This document shows, piece by piece, positions 51,905 through 61,203 of a DNA stretch of 64,000 nucleotides. The DNA is taken from the NCBI GenBank assembly GCA_963619935.1, contig CAVEYA010000067.1, positions 38 to 64,037 on the forward strand, in the 5' to 3' direction. Position numbers and translations under genes: made by a program. Position 1 is the first letter of the stretch. Each line of letters begins with the position of its first letter. Source of the DNA: a bacterium (GTDB lineage Bacteria > Bacillota_I > Bacilli_A > RFN20 > CAG-826). A model generated the notes under the pieces. The model had not been told where the DNA came from. It saw only the letters and a program-made list of their open reading frames with translations, and did not search any database.

Positions 51905-52585
51905 TTAACGACCATCAAATGTGATGTTGATTGCTGGACCCATGGTCGTGTGGATAACAGCGGTTTTCACATAAGCGCCTTTGACTGCTGATGGACGAGC
52001 TTTAATGACTGCGTCAGTGATAGCTTTTAAGTTATCAACAATCTTTGCTTCATCGAATGAAACACGAGCAACAGAGATATGCATATTTGCTTCTTTGTCA
52101 ACACGGTATTCGACTTTACCGGCTTTGATTTCTTTAATTGCTTTAGCAACATCTGGAGAGACAGTGCCAGTCTTTGGGTTTGGCATTAAGCCTTTAGGAC
52201 CTAAAATTCTAGCAATCTTACCGATTTGACCCATCATGTTTGGTGTGGCGACGATAACGTCAAATCCGAACCAACCTTGTTGAATCTTTTCGATCATTTC
52301 TGCTCCACCAACGAAATCTGCGCCAGCGGCTTTAGCTTCTTCAACTTTGTCAGTAATTGCTAAGACTGATTTGGTCTTACCATTACCATGTGGGAGTACG
52401 AGAGTTCCTCTGACTTGTTGATCAGCTTGTTTTGGATCGACATTGAGTTTGAATGAAATATCAACAGTAGCGTCAAATTTAACTGTAGATGTTTCTTTAA
52501 CTAATTTAGCAGCTTCTTCAATTGTGTAGAGTTTGTTAGCATCAATCTTTTCTAAAGCGGCAATGTATTTCTTACCTTTTTTCAT
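51905..52585 (-). CDS. rplA: 50S ribosomal protein L1
   Basis: 226 aa. Confidence 0.95.
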   Translation of the reverse strand: MKKGKKYIAALEKIDANKLYTIEEAAKLVKETSTVKFDATVDISFKLNVDPKQADQQVRGTLVLPHGNGKTKSVLAITDKVEEAKAAGADFVGGAEMIEKIQQGWFGFDVIVATPNMMGQIGKIARILGPKGLMPNPKTGTVSPDVAKAIKEIKAGKVEYRVDKEANMHISVARVSFDEAKIVDNLKAITDAVIKARPSAVKGAYVKTAVIHTTMGPAINITFDGR

Positions 52586-52596
52586 ATCGATACTCC

Positions 52597-53010
52597 TTAG
52601 TCTTTCACAACAATACCCATATTAAGGGCAGAACCTTCTACGACTTTCATAGCAGCATCAATGTCATTGCTGTTTAAGTCTGGTAATTTATACTCTGCAA
52701 TACTGCGGAGTTGTTCGCGGGTGATAGAACCAATCACAACCTTACGGCCTGTAGCACTACCTTTAGCGAGTCCAGCTGCTTTTAAGATGAGACCTGCAAC
52801 TGGGGAAGTCTTGATGACAAAATCATATGATTTGTCTTCGAAAGCAGTGATAAGAACTGGAACGATTTCACCTTTTCTGTCAGCGGTCTTGGCGTTGAAG
52901 TCTGTACAGAATTTCGCCATGTTAACACCAGCAGAAGCAAGTTTTGGACCTGGTTTAGCTTCGCCACCAGGAAGTTCCATCTTCACGACTTTTGCGATTT
53001 TTTTACTCAC
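52597..53010 (-). CDS. rplK: 50S ribosomal protein L11 (GTG start, AGGAGG RBS)
   Basis: 137 aa, conserved PPVGPALG-type region. Confidence 0.95.
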   Translation of the reverse strand: MSKKIAKVVKMELPGGEAKPGPKLASAGVNMAKFCTDFNAKTADRKGEIVPVLITAFEDKSYDFVIKTSPVAGLILKAAGLAKGSATGRKVVIGSITREQLRSIAEYKLPDLNSNDIDAAMKVVEGSALNMGIVVKD

Positions 53011-53275
53011 GTGACTATTCCTCCTATGTTTAGATTTGTCCGTGTCGTGGTCTTTTTGAGTGGAATCGCCACTCTTCCACGATACTCACACGTGTATCAC
53101 ACTCTCGTATGTGATAGACAACATGCTTGTATAATGTATCAAATAAATAAATACGAACGCAAGTGTTTTTTTGCATAAAAGAATAGATTTCATGCGTTGC
53201 ATATGCAAAAGAAAACCAGCAAATTATTAATAATTTGATTAAAATAGACATTTCAAATTGCCCGTTGTATAATAC

Positions 53276-54700
53276 TTGCGATTTAGTAAAATGGTAGCGA
53301 TGGAAAAAAGAAAAAAGAAAATTACACTTAACCCATACTTGCTAGTTATATTGTCATTTATCCTAGTTATTTTGATTGGGGCTTTTATCTTATGCATGCC
53401 GTTTTGTCAAACATCAGGTAAATGGGGCAATGTGATTGATGAAATCTTTGTTGCAACTTCTGCCACTTGTGTGACTGGTTTATGTGCCTATGAAAATGGG
53501 ATTGCTGGTCAATTAACTTTTGCCGGTCATTTAGTGATGATTATCTTAATTCAAATTGGCGGTTTGGGTTTTATCACTGTTTTAACCTTCATAGTTACAT
53601 TATTTAAAAGTAAATTACAATTCAAAAATCGTTTCTTTTTATCACAAATGGTGGGCTCTACAAACTTCGCAGATGTCGTGAAATTTGTGAGAAGATTAAT
53701 CCTTATTTCTTTCACTGTTGAAGGAGTTGGGTTTTTATTAGGATTACCGGTTTTCTTCCATGTTTATCCAAATGATCCAGGTAAAGCTTTATGGGGTGCA
53801 GCATTCCTATCTATATCTGCATTTAATAACGCTGGATTTGATTTATTCGGTAGCACATCTGTTATTCCAAATAGCAATGAATTTATGATTGCAGTTGGAA
53901 ATGGCTGGGCATATTACTACTTACTCACTTTAATTATGTTACTTATTATTGCGGGCGGCATTTCTTTCTTAGTAATAACTGACATTTTCTCTTTTAAAAA
54001 GCCAAGTCAATGGAGAGTATTTACTAAAATCGTCTTATCCACTACTGCGGTTTTATTAGTCACAGGTACATTACTTTTATTCCTCTCAGATGGTTTGAAA
54101 GAAGATGGCATGACTCTCTTCCAATGTCTATTCCAAAGTGTGACTTGTAGAACAGCAGGTTATGCAACCTACAATCAAGATAACATTTCCATTGCAGGTA
54201 AAGTCATTAGTTGTCTATTAATGGTAATTGGTGGTTCACCATTATCCACTGCAGGCGGCATTAAAACAACCACTATCTTTATGATTGTTTTAGCCATGTT
54301 CTGCTACTTTAGAGGCCGTCCAGTTGTGGCCTTCAAAAGAGAATACTCTTCAAAGATGATCATCAAAGCAATGGCCTTAATGGTTATTGCAGGCACAACA
54401 ATATTAATTGGATTCTTAGTGATGTCAGCCTTTGAAAGTAATTTAGATATGAATGCATTAGGTTTATCGACAGATAAATCTTCTGCGATTGTTTATGAGT
54501 TATTCTCCGCCTTTGGCACAGTTGGTGTCACTGTCGGTATCACACCATATTTATCTGTTGGTAGTAAAATAACATTATGTGTTTTAATGTTTATGGGTAG
54601 ATTAGGACCAATGACTTTCTTATCACTATTCCAAACCAATATGAATAAAGAAGGTAGTCAACATTATCAATATGTCGAAGAGGATTTCCTCATCGGTTAA
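53276..54700 (+). CDS. ktrB: TrkH/KtrB-family potassium uptake membrane subunit
   Basis: 474 aa polytopic; repeated selectivity-filter-like GxG motifs (IGGLGF, GFDLFG, AGYAT, TVGVTVG); start may be the internal MEKRKKK. Confidence 0.7.
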   Translation: MRFSKMVAMEKRKKKITLNPYLLVILSFILVILIGAFILCMPFCQTSGKWGNVIDEIFVATSATCVTGLCAYENGIAGQLTFAGHLVMIILIQIGGLGFITVLTFIVTLFKSKLQFKNRFFLSQMVGSTNFADVVKFVRRLILISFTVEGVGFLLGLPVFFHVYPNDPGKALWGAAFLSISAFNNAGFDLFGSTSVIPNSNEFMIAVGNGWAYYYLLTLIMLLIIAGGISFLVITDIFSFKKPSQWRVFTKIVLSTTAVLLVTGTLLLFLSDGLKEDGMTLFQCLFQSVTCRTAGYATYNQDNISIAGKVISCLLMVIGGSPLSTAGGIKTTTIFMIVLAMFCYFRGRPVVAFKREYSSKMIIKAMALMVIAGTTILIGFLVMSAFESNLDMNALGLSTDKSSAIVYELFSAFGTVGVTVGITPYLSVGSKITLCVLMFMGRLGPMTFLSLFQTNMNKEGSQHYQYVEEDFLIG

Positions 54701-54718
54701 TAAAGGAGATAAATTTTT

Positions 54719-55396
54719 ATGGCAAAAAAATCATTTGCAGTTATTGGCTTAGGCCAATTCGGATTAGCGGTCTTAAATGAACTAATCGAAAACGGTATGG
54801 ATGTTATCGCAATTGATAACAACGAGGAAGCCGTAATGAAAGTAGCAAAAAAGCTTCCAACCGCATTCGTCGCTGATTCCACTAACGAATTAGCGTTAAA
54901 AGAATTAGGCATCAAAGATGTCGATTGTGCGATTGTGGCTTATGGCGATAACAAGGAAGCATCTATTTTAACTACAGTTATTCTTCGTGAATTTGGTATC
55001 AAACAAATCGTTGTCCGTGTCGATGATGACTACTATATTCCAATTATGAAAAAGATTGGGGCAACCGAAGTTATCACTCCACAAAGAGCAGCCGGTTCCG
55101 CTTTAGCGAACCGTTTAGGCAATGAAGACTATAAAGATTTCTATAAGTTAGACGCAAAATACTCTGTTGTGTCCATTATCATCAATCCTGGCTTTGTTCC
55201 GGTGACCTTAAAGGAACTTAATCCAAAAGATAATTTTGGTATCTCCTTGGTCTTAATTATGCGTAATAATAAGTCATTTGTTCCTGGTGGTCGTGATTCT
55301 ATCCTTCCAGATGACACAATTTATGTTGTTGGAACAACGAAAGAAATTAAAAACTTCCGTGAAGAAATTAACGGGCATAAGAGAAAATCAAATTAA
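54719..55396 (+). CDS. ktrA: KtrA/TrkA-N potassium uptake regulatory subunit
   Basis: 225 aa; Rossmann motif VIGLGQFG; follows the membrane subunit with AGGAG RBS. Confidence 0.75.
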   Translation: MAKKSFAVIGLGQFGLAVLNELIENGMDVIAIDNNEEAVMKVAKKLPTAFVADSTNELALKELGIKDVDCAIVAYGDNKEASILTTVILREFGIKQIVVRVDDDYYIPIMKKIGATEVITPQRAAGSALANRLGNEDYKDFYKLDAKYSVVSIIINPGFVPVTLKELNPKDNFGISLVLIMRNNKSFVPGGRDSILPDDTIYVVGTTKEIKNFREEINGHKRKSN

Positions 55397-55409
55397 TTAA
55401 TTGAATAAC

Positions 55410-55442
55410 AAAAAAAGACCACTGCGAAGTGATCTTTTTTAA
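55410..55442. terminator. bidirectional terminator between ktrA (+) and nusG (-)
   Basis: A-run, GACCACT-GCGA-AGTGATC hairpin, T-run. Confidence 0.5.
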
Positions 55443-55454
55443 TGATTAAATAAC

Positions 55455-56078
55455 TTAAATTTTTTCGATATCAGCGAAATCAAGTTCAATCACTGTATCT
55501 CTACCAAAGAAGTTAATCTTAACTTCCACTGTGTGATGTTCTTGATCAAGTTTTTCAACTGTACCTTCAAGGCCTTCAAAGGAACCAGAGATAATCTTCA
55601 CGAGTTTGCCTTCTTCATAGCCTTCGTACATGCTTTCTTCAATCATGCCCATTCTCTTTAAGACTGGTTCGATTTGTTCTCTCTTCACTGGGAATGGTTT
55701 TGTACCTTTACCAGAAGATCCAACGAAGCCCGTGACACCTGGAGTGTTACGGACAACATACCATGCGTAGTCAGTCATAATCATTTCTACGAAGACATAA
55801 CCTGGATATAAATTTTTCTTTCTAGTTTTACCTGTTGGTTGACCATCTTTCATCACAGGAACATCTTGTTCAGCAACAACAATACGGAAAATCAAATTGG
55901 ATAATCCCATTGTTTCTACACGTTTTTCTAAGTTATCAGCGGCTTTTCTTTCGTGTGTGGAATAAGTCGCAACAACATACCATTGCTTATCACCTAATTG
56001 TTGTTGTGTGTTTTGTTCTTTTTCATTTGACACATCAGTGTTTGTGTCTGTAAAACTAATTTTATTTTCGTTTGCCAT
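55455..56078 (-). CDS. nusG: transcription termination/antitermination factor NusG (with about 35-aa low-complexity N-terminal extension)
   Basis: KQWYVVATYSTHERK NGN start; KOW domain GKLVKIISGSFEGLEGTV. Confidence 0.9.
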   Translation of the reverse strand: MANENKISFTDTNTDVSNEKEQNTQQQLGDKQWYVVATYSTHERKAADNLEKRVETMGLSNLIFRIVVAEQDVPVMKDGQPTGKTRKKNLYPGYVFVEMIMTDYAWYVVRNTPGVTGFVGSSGKGTKPFPVKREQIEPVLKRMGMIEESMYEGYEEGKLVKIISGSFEGLEGTVEKLDQEHHTVEVKINFFGRDTVIELDFADIEKI

Positions 56079-56080
56079 TT

Positions 56081-56281
56081 TTATTTACCCCAACTTTCAA
56101 ATGCTTGTTTTAAAATCGCGATTAAACGATTGCCTGCTGCGTCTTCGGCAAAAAGTAATAATCCAGTTACTGCAGCAATCACAATGACCACAATAATGGA
56201 TGGAATTAATTCGCTTCTCTTAGGCCAGCGAACACGCTTACCTTCTTTAACTACGCCTTTTGCGTAACTTTTTAATCCCAT
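56081..56281 (-). CDS. secE: preprotein translocase subunit SecE
   Basis: 66 aa, single C-terminal TM, AGGAGG RBS, position upstream of nusG. Confidence 0.85.
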   Translation of the reverse strand: MGLKSYAKGVVKEGKRVRWPKRSELIPSIIVVIVIAAVTGLLLFAEDAAGNRLIAILKQAFESWGK

Positions 56282-56292
56282 ATAAGTTCCTC

Positions 56293-56439
56293 CTATTTAC
56301 TAATTTTGTGAACTGTGTGTTTTCCACACTTTGGGCAATACTTCTTAATGGTGAGGTTTTTACTTGAATCTTTATTGATTGTAGTTTGGTAGTTTCGTGA
56401 TAGACACTCTTCGCAAATCAAAAGAACTTTTTCTCTCAT
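56293..56439 (-). CDS. rpmG: 50S ribosomal protein L33 (48 aa; below the ORF-track cutoff)
   Basis: Minus-strand translation [48 protein letters not shown]: C-x2-C...C-x2-C zinc ribbon and KKYCP.C.KHT.H motif of L33; canonical rpmG-secE-nusG order. Confidence 0.85.
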   Translation of the reverse strand: MREKVLLICEECLSRNYQTTINKDSSKNLTIKKYCPKCGKHTVHKISK

Positions 56440-56519
56440 TTTCCCTACCCCCTATCATTAAATTGTGATAATAATTTAGCACCACAAAAATGAATTGTAA
56501 AGAATATTTGTGCATGCAC

Positions 56520-56548
56520 ATAAAAAGGCGCTCATACGAACGCCTATG
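56520..56548 (-). terminator. Rho-independent terminator after the 56555-57022 gene
   Basis: AGGCG-CTCATACGAA-CGCCT hairpin with T-run on the minus strand. Confidence 0.5.
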
Positions 56549-56554
56549 CACGCC

Positions 56555-57022
56555 TTATTGAATACGGCCTTTATGTTTACCTTTAGAAGCGTGAACTAAT
56601 GCGGTTCTACCTGTGTTTTCCGCAAGTTGATTAACATATTCTTCAGCTTCTGGTTTAGTTTTGAATGTTCTAATGACTTTACCAGCTGCGCCACCGGTTT
56701 GAGCTAATTTAACTTCCCAAACACCATCTGTGTTTTTACTGACGTGGTAAACTTTACCATCACCTTTTTTAGCTGGTGCTTTTTTAGCAGGAGCTGTTTC
56801 CTTACTAGCATCTTTGCTAGAAACTTCCTTAGCAGGAGCCTTCTTAGCAGGAGCCTTTTCGACTTTTTCTACTTTCTTAGCTTCGGCTTTTTTGACATCA
56901 GCTTTTTTAGCTTCAGCCTTCTTTGCTTCTTCTGCTTTTTTGGCTTCTTCAGCCTTCTTCTTTTCTAATTCCGCTTTCTTAGCTTCTTCTTGAGCTTTCT
57001 TTTTCTTTTTAAAGAAACACAT
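56555..57022 (-). CDS. Lys/Ala/Glu-rich (histone-H1-tail-like) protein with C-terminal DUF2188 domain
   Basis: N-terminal KAEEAKKAE/AKKAPAKK repeats; C-terminal GKVYHVSKNTDGVWEVK...FKTKPEAEEYVNQLAEN...HASKGK matches the DUF2188 pattern. Confidence 0.6.
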   Translation of the reverse strand: MCFFKKKKKAQEEAKKAELEKKKAEEAKKAEEAKKAEAKKADVKKAEAKKVEKVEKAPAKKAPAKEVSSKDASKETAPAKKAPAKKGDGKVYHVSKNTDGVWEVKLAQTGGAAGKVIRTFKTKPEAEEYVNQLAENTGRTALVHASKGKHKGRIQ

Positions 57023-57091
57023 AATTTGATCCTCCGAATGTATAAATTATAAAATAATTTTTAATAAATTACAAAGTGCACTTTCGCACGA

Positions 57092-57778
57092 TTAGTCAAT
57101 TTCCTCTACCTTTTTTGCTTTTGGCACAAAGTAGAAGCCAATTAATGACATTAATGCTTCAAAACCTAATGCACCTGGTAATCCATAACTAAGTAAATAT
57201 GGAACAACCATATCAACTGGATTGTCAGTAACATATAAGAAATATTCAATGTAGTTATATAAGAACGGCACACCAACAAGGATGACCACAAACAAGACCA
57301 CTAAGATAATTGGTAAGGCTGGTTTGATTGTACCTTCTACCACTTTTTCTTTATATTCATTGGTTGGTAATAAATTCCATTCGACACCACACAATGTCCA
57401 AATACGAGCAAATAATTGGGCAAGAATACCAAGGAACACCATTAAGATGTAGTTAACGATAATAAACACATAAGCCAATAACACTAATGGCCAACCAAAC
57501 AAATAAACAATTACTTGTGTGCCATGTTTAACGGTTTCACCTTCACAGTGAACTAAATCATGAAATGCTTTAACAACGCTAGAGCATAATTGACATAAAA
57601 ATGCTTGGACGAAATATAAAGCATAAATCACAAAGAACACAGCCACGAATGGAAGCATGCAAATGCCACATAAGACAGCTAAAAAGGCATTCGTTGCTTT
57701 GTATTTTTTGAAACTAAAGCATTCTTTCATTAATTTTTTCGCAAAATCTAAAAAATTAACCTCAAATAAATTTTTCAT
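57092..57778 (-). CDS. hypothetical polytopic membrane protein
   Basis: 228 aa, 5-6 predicted TM helices, Cys-rich. Confidence 0.5.
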   Translation of the reverse strand: MKNLFEVNFLDFAKKLMKECFSFKKYKATNAFLAVLCGICMLPFVAVFFVIYALYFVQAFLCQLCSSVVKAFHDLVHCEGETVKHGTQVIVYLFGWPLVLLAYVFIIVNYILMVFLGILAQLFARIWTLCGVEWNLLPTNEYKEKVVEGTIKPALPIILVVLFVVILVGVPFLYNYIEYFLYVTDNPVDMVVPYLLSYGLPGALGFEALMSLIGFYFVPKAKKVEEID

Positions 57779-57844
57779 AAAATAAAAATCCTCCGTGGTT
57801 AATTATAAAAGATATAAAGTTTAAATAAAATTAAAAATTAATTC

Positions 57845-58444
57845 TTAATTAAATTTTTCAACATTTTTGCCTAAGCACCACATGATAATGTCACATAGTT
57901 CATCTGGCGATTCTTTTGTTCCTTCTTTAAGCCATTTATTAACAATCGAAATAATCCCGTTACAATAATACGTTACTACATATTTTTGCAAACTCTTATT
58001 GATATTAAAGCGATTCATAATTGGTTCAAAAAAAGAACAATACAATTTATCAAAATATTCTGTCGCATTGAAATTAAGTGGTTTAGATAACGCTAATGAA
58101 TAAAGCTTTTTATTCTCATTAATAAAATTAATGTAAGGTTTTAAATAGTCAGGTTTAAGGAAGACTAATTCATCTAATTGGCTATTGTTGATGATTTTAT
58201 CTTTTATTGCCTCTGAGCTTACTTTAAAGGAAGCATAAAATCTCTTCGTTAATCTTTCTAAAGTCTCATCTAATAAATCATTCATCGTATCGTAATGTAG
58301 ATAAAAGGTTGATCGAGAAACACCTGCTTTTTTGCAAATTTCTTTTACGGAAATAAATTCAAAGTCTTTATTTTCTAAAATTAAAAGGAGGGCCTCATCC
58401 ATTAAAAGTGAAGTGTTATAGTATTTACTTTCGTTTTTGTTCAT
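57845..58444 (-). CDS. TetR/AcrR-family transcriptional regulator
   Basis: N-terminal HTH VKEICKKAGVSRSTFYLHY. Confidence 0.8.
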   Translation of the reverse strand: MNKNESKYYNTSLLMDEALLLILENKDFEFISVKEICKKAGVSRSTFYLHYDTMNDLLDETLERLTKRFYASFKVSSEAIKDKIINNSQLDELVFLKPDYLKPYINFINENKKLYSLALSKPLNFNATEYFDKLYCSFFEPIMNRFNINKSLQKYVVTYYCNGIISIVNKWLKEGTKESPDELCDIIMWCLGKNVEKFN

Positions 58445-58473
58445 AAAAGGCCCTCCTATTAATTATCTCTATT

Positions 58474-58833
58474 CTATTCTTCTTTATTTGTAATTTCGTT
58501 AGCTAATTTAATAATATCGCTAGCGTATTTCTTTTTGCGACTGTTAAGAAAGGCTTTATAGATTGGGTAATTAATGGTGATTAAGACAATACCCACTAAA
58601 CCAATAATGATGCCAAATACAAATGCTAAATCGGATCCATCACCAATAACTTTCATCGATAAGCACATGCCTACGCCAAGAACAAGTGCACCAAATACAC
58701 CAAATATGTAAGTAAAAATTTGTGGTGGCAATTTCACCTTGTTATCAAGTTTTTTAAGTGCTTTAACTTTAGAAGTATCTTTTGGCGTATATTCATTTGC
58801 CAAGGCTTCTGCGTAAATTTTGTCTGTGTTCAT
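58474..58833 (-). CDS. small two-TM membrane protein (true start MNTDKIY at 58833 with AGGAGG RBS)
   Basis: Strong RBS 7 nt upstream of the internal ATG; the track ORF extends 20 codons further upstream without an RBS. Confidence 0.55.
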   Translation of the reverse strand: MNTDKIYAEALANEYTPKDTSKVKALKKLDNKVKLPPQIFTYIFGVFGALVLGVGMCLSMKVIGDGSDLAFVFGIIIGLVGIVLITINYPIYKAFLNSRKKKYASDIIKLANEITNKEE

Positions 58834-58979
58834 ATCATTTCCTCCTAAGAACACTATTAATTTAAAAAAAGATAAGGATACTTTGAACGACACAAAAATG
58901 AAAAAATGTCCATTTGAAAAGACATGGAAAAATTAAGATAATCATTTTATTTATATAAGGAAAAGAATAAAATTGTCTT

Positions 58980-60272
58980 ATGAAAAAATATCTTACTTTA
59001 ATTTTAACAGCTGCTTGTTTAGCAACTTTAGTGGGTTGCCGTTTTAATGATGGTAGTTCTCATAACGGTGGTTCTTCAGATTCCGGTGATAAAGATGATG
59101 GAGGAGATACACCAACACCAGTCGGTGATACAGTTACCTTTAACCAAAGAAGTTCATCGGCAAAGGATTCCACTATCAAAGCCATGCTAAATGAATGTGG
59201 CAAAGCTTCTAATAAGAAAACCTTATATCGTATTAAAGGCATCGCTCAATGGCCAAAAAGTACAAACTACGGAAACTTTGATTTATTAGACTCATCAGGC
59301 TATGTGTATGTTTATGGTTGTTCCAAAAATGCATCTTCAATCACTGGTTCATCTGGCTCATATGCATTTAACAATGATAAAACTTTTTCTGGTATGTCAA
59401 TAAAACCAGGTGATGAAGTGGAAATGGAAGGCTTATTTACTTGGTACGCTTATTCTAGTGGCTACGGAGTCGCGGAATTTCAAGGTTACGTTACAACTGT
59501 AAAACACAATAACTTATCAAATATTGAAGCAAAGAGTTACACAACCAGTGAACCAACTAATCAAGCTGGAACATATTATTCTTCCATTAGTGATTCGGAA
59601 AGCGGTTCTACATTATTAACCACACTTCATAATTTAATGGATAGTACACATGATACATATACTTCTTATAATTCATTAGATAAATATTTTAAAACATCTG
59701 ATAAGCATTCTTCTGGTAATGTAAAATGTTTCTATTCTGGTAAAAGTACATCTTCATTTAATAAAGAACATGTTTGGCCACAATCAAGTTCTGGTACATC
59801 AAGTGATCAATTATATGGCACTTCTTATGGCGGATCTGATTTACATCATATTAGACCAACAATTAGTTCTTACAATTCCGCTCGTGGAAGTTCCATGTTC
59901 GGCCCTATCTTTGGTGATAAGACAAGCGCTGGTGCATTAGCGTATTCCACCGGTGGTAGTAACTATTATACTGGTAATGTCTATGAACCTGCAGATGCCA
60001 TTAAAGGGGATGTTGCAAGGATAATTATGTATATGTATGTTCACTATTCCAGCCAAATTGGTGGTGCGTCACAATCTTATTATGGCGAAATGCACATCAA
60101 TTATGTGATGGGAACCTCCCCACAAAATTCTTGGAAACTATTAAGAAAATGGAACGCGGAAGATCCTGTTAGCGAAGATGAAATAACACGTAACAATTAC
60201 GCTTATTCAATTCAAGGAAATCGAAATCCATTTATAGACCATCCAACATACGCAGACCGTATTTGGGGCTAA
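58980..60272 (+). CDS. surface lipoprotein: N-terminal OB-fold + C-terminal endonuclease I (EndA/Vvn family) domain
   Basis: Lipobox LVGC; OB-like YRIKGIAQW...YVYVYG; Endonuclease_1 motifs NKEHVWPQSS and DLHHIRPT...N..RG. Confidence 0.65.
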   Translation: MKKYLTLILTAACLATLVGCRFNDGSSHNGGSSDSGDKDDGGDTPTPVGDTVTFNQRSSSAKDSTIKAMLNECGKASNKKTLYRIKGIAQWPKSTNYGNFDLLDSSGYVYVYGCSKNASSITGSSGSYAFNNDKTFSGMSIKPGDEVEMEGLFTWYAYSSGYGVAEFQGYVTTVKHNNLSNIEAKSYTTSEPTNQAGTYYSSISDSESGSTLLTTLHNLMDSTHDTYTSYNSLDKYFKTSDKHSSGNVKCFYSGKSTSSFNKEHVWPQSSSGTSSDQLYGTSYGGSDLHHIRPTISSYNSARGSSMFGPIFGDKTSAGALAYSTGGSNYYTGNVYEPADAIKGDVARIIMYMYVHYSSQIGGASQSYYGEMHINYVMGTSPQNSWKLLRKWNAEDPVSEDEITRNNYAYSIQGNRNPFIDHPTYADRIWG

Positions 60273-60275
60273 AAA

Positions 60276-60302
60276 GAAAAGCACTCAACAGTGCTTTTTT
60301 TA
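60276..60302. terminator. bidirectional terminator GCACT-CAAC-AGTGC + T-run
   Basis: Between convergent 58980-60272 (+) and 60300-61031 (-). Confidence 0.5.
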
Positions 60303-61031
60303 ATCAATCACTTTTCTTTCTTTCAATAAGAAGAATACACATATGGACGTCATACCGATAATGGCAATGACTATAATTAATGTAATCGCTCCAGTTTGAT
60401 TCCATTCATTATCTTCTACTTTATTAGAAGAGGAAGCAAAAATAGAATTTAATTGTTTGATTGAGTCTTTAATTTTAGCACCCGCCAAATCAGTGTAATT
60501 ATCAACCACTAACAAATCATCAGTGGACAAACAATTATAACGAGAAATAATTTCTGCGTACTGTGTTTTATCAATCACACATATATCAGTGGAGGCTTCC
60601 ACACGTATATTTTCATTCCAGAAATTAATAAATCCTTCATCTAACGCATAATAATTTATTTCTTCAAAATCATAGCTTAAATTCAAAGCTTCAAATTGTG
60701 CGCTTGATCCAGTGTAATATAAAACCTTTAAATTGCTCATTCCATTAAAAGCGTTATCGCTAATATGAGTAATAGAAGAAGATAACATTAATGTTCTAGC
60801 CATACTTCCATTTAATGCATTATCTTTAATTTCATCCACCACTATGTCGTTATATTCTTGATAAATACGAATATCAGTATCATTTAAATGTGAAGCAGAA
60901 ATAGAGGAAATGGAATATGCATTTCGCGCATTCTTTTCATAATTAAATGCTTCACTATAGTTAGTTTGATTATAAGCACCTAGTGAAGAAATGAATAATA
61001 AACTAGCAACCAAAGGACTTATTTTGACCAT
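60300..61031 (-). CDS. BspA-like leucine-rich-repeat surface protein with C-terminal TM anchor
   Basis: Signal peptide; LRR_5-like repeats (ITHISDNAFNGMSNLKVL); C-terminal hydrophobic helix then KERKVID. Confidence 0.55.
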   Translation of the reverse strand: MVKISPLVASLLFISSLGAYNQTNYSEAFNYEKNARNAYSISSISASHLNDTDIRIYQEYNDIVVDEIKDNALNGSMARTLMLSSSITHISDNAFNGMSNLKVLYYTGSSAQFEALNLSYDFEEINYYALDEGFINFWNENIRVEASTDICVIDKTQYAEIISRYNCLSTDDLLVVDNYTDLAGAKIKDSIKQLNSIFASSSNKVEDNEWNQTGAITLIIVIAIIGMTSICVFFLLKERKVID

Positions 61032-61183
61032 TGATAAAATCCACCATTACAAAGGATAACAATTACACAAACAATCATTAAAGCGATTACTATGCCAATA
61101 AAAATTAAGCCTTTCCAAGGAAAGTAATAGCCTTCTTTTTCTTCTTGTTCATTATCTTGGTTTGTATCTTTTTCTTTTTTCAT
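61019..61183 (-). CDS. possible small membrane protein (54 aa), overlaps start of the LRR gene by 13 nt
   Basis: ORF MKKEKDTNQDNEQEEKEGYYFPWKGLIFIGIVIALMIVCVIVILCNGGFYQWSK with one clear TM; weak RBS. Confidence 0.25.
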   Translation of the reverse strand: MKKEKDTNQDNEQEEKEGYYFPWKGLIFIGIVIALMIVCVIVILCNGGFYQWSK

Positions 61184-61203
61184 ATCTTTATTTTAACTCT
61201 CTA

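Noticed and set aside
53030-53251. 73-aa minus-strand ORF between rplK and ktrB
   Set aside because: Sits in the divergent promoter/leader region; no RBS; hydrophobic junk-like sequence; probably non-coding.
56880-57010. Short tandem repeats resembling a CRISPR-like array
   Set aside because: They are in-frame KAEEAKK coding repeats of the Lys/Ala-rich protein, not direct repeats with spacers.
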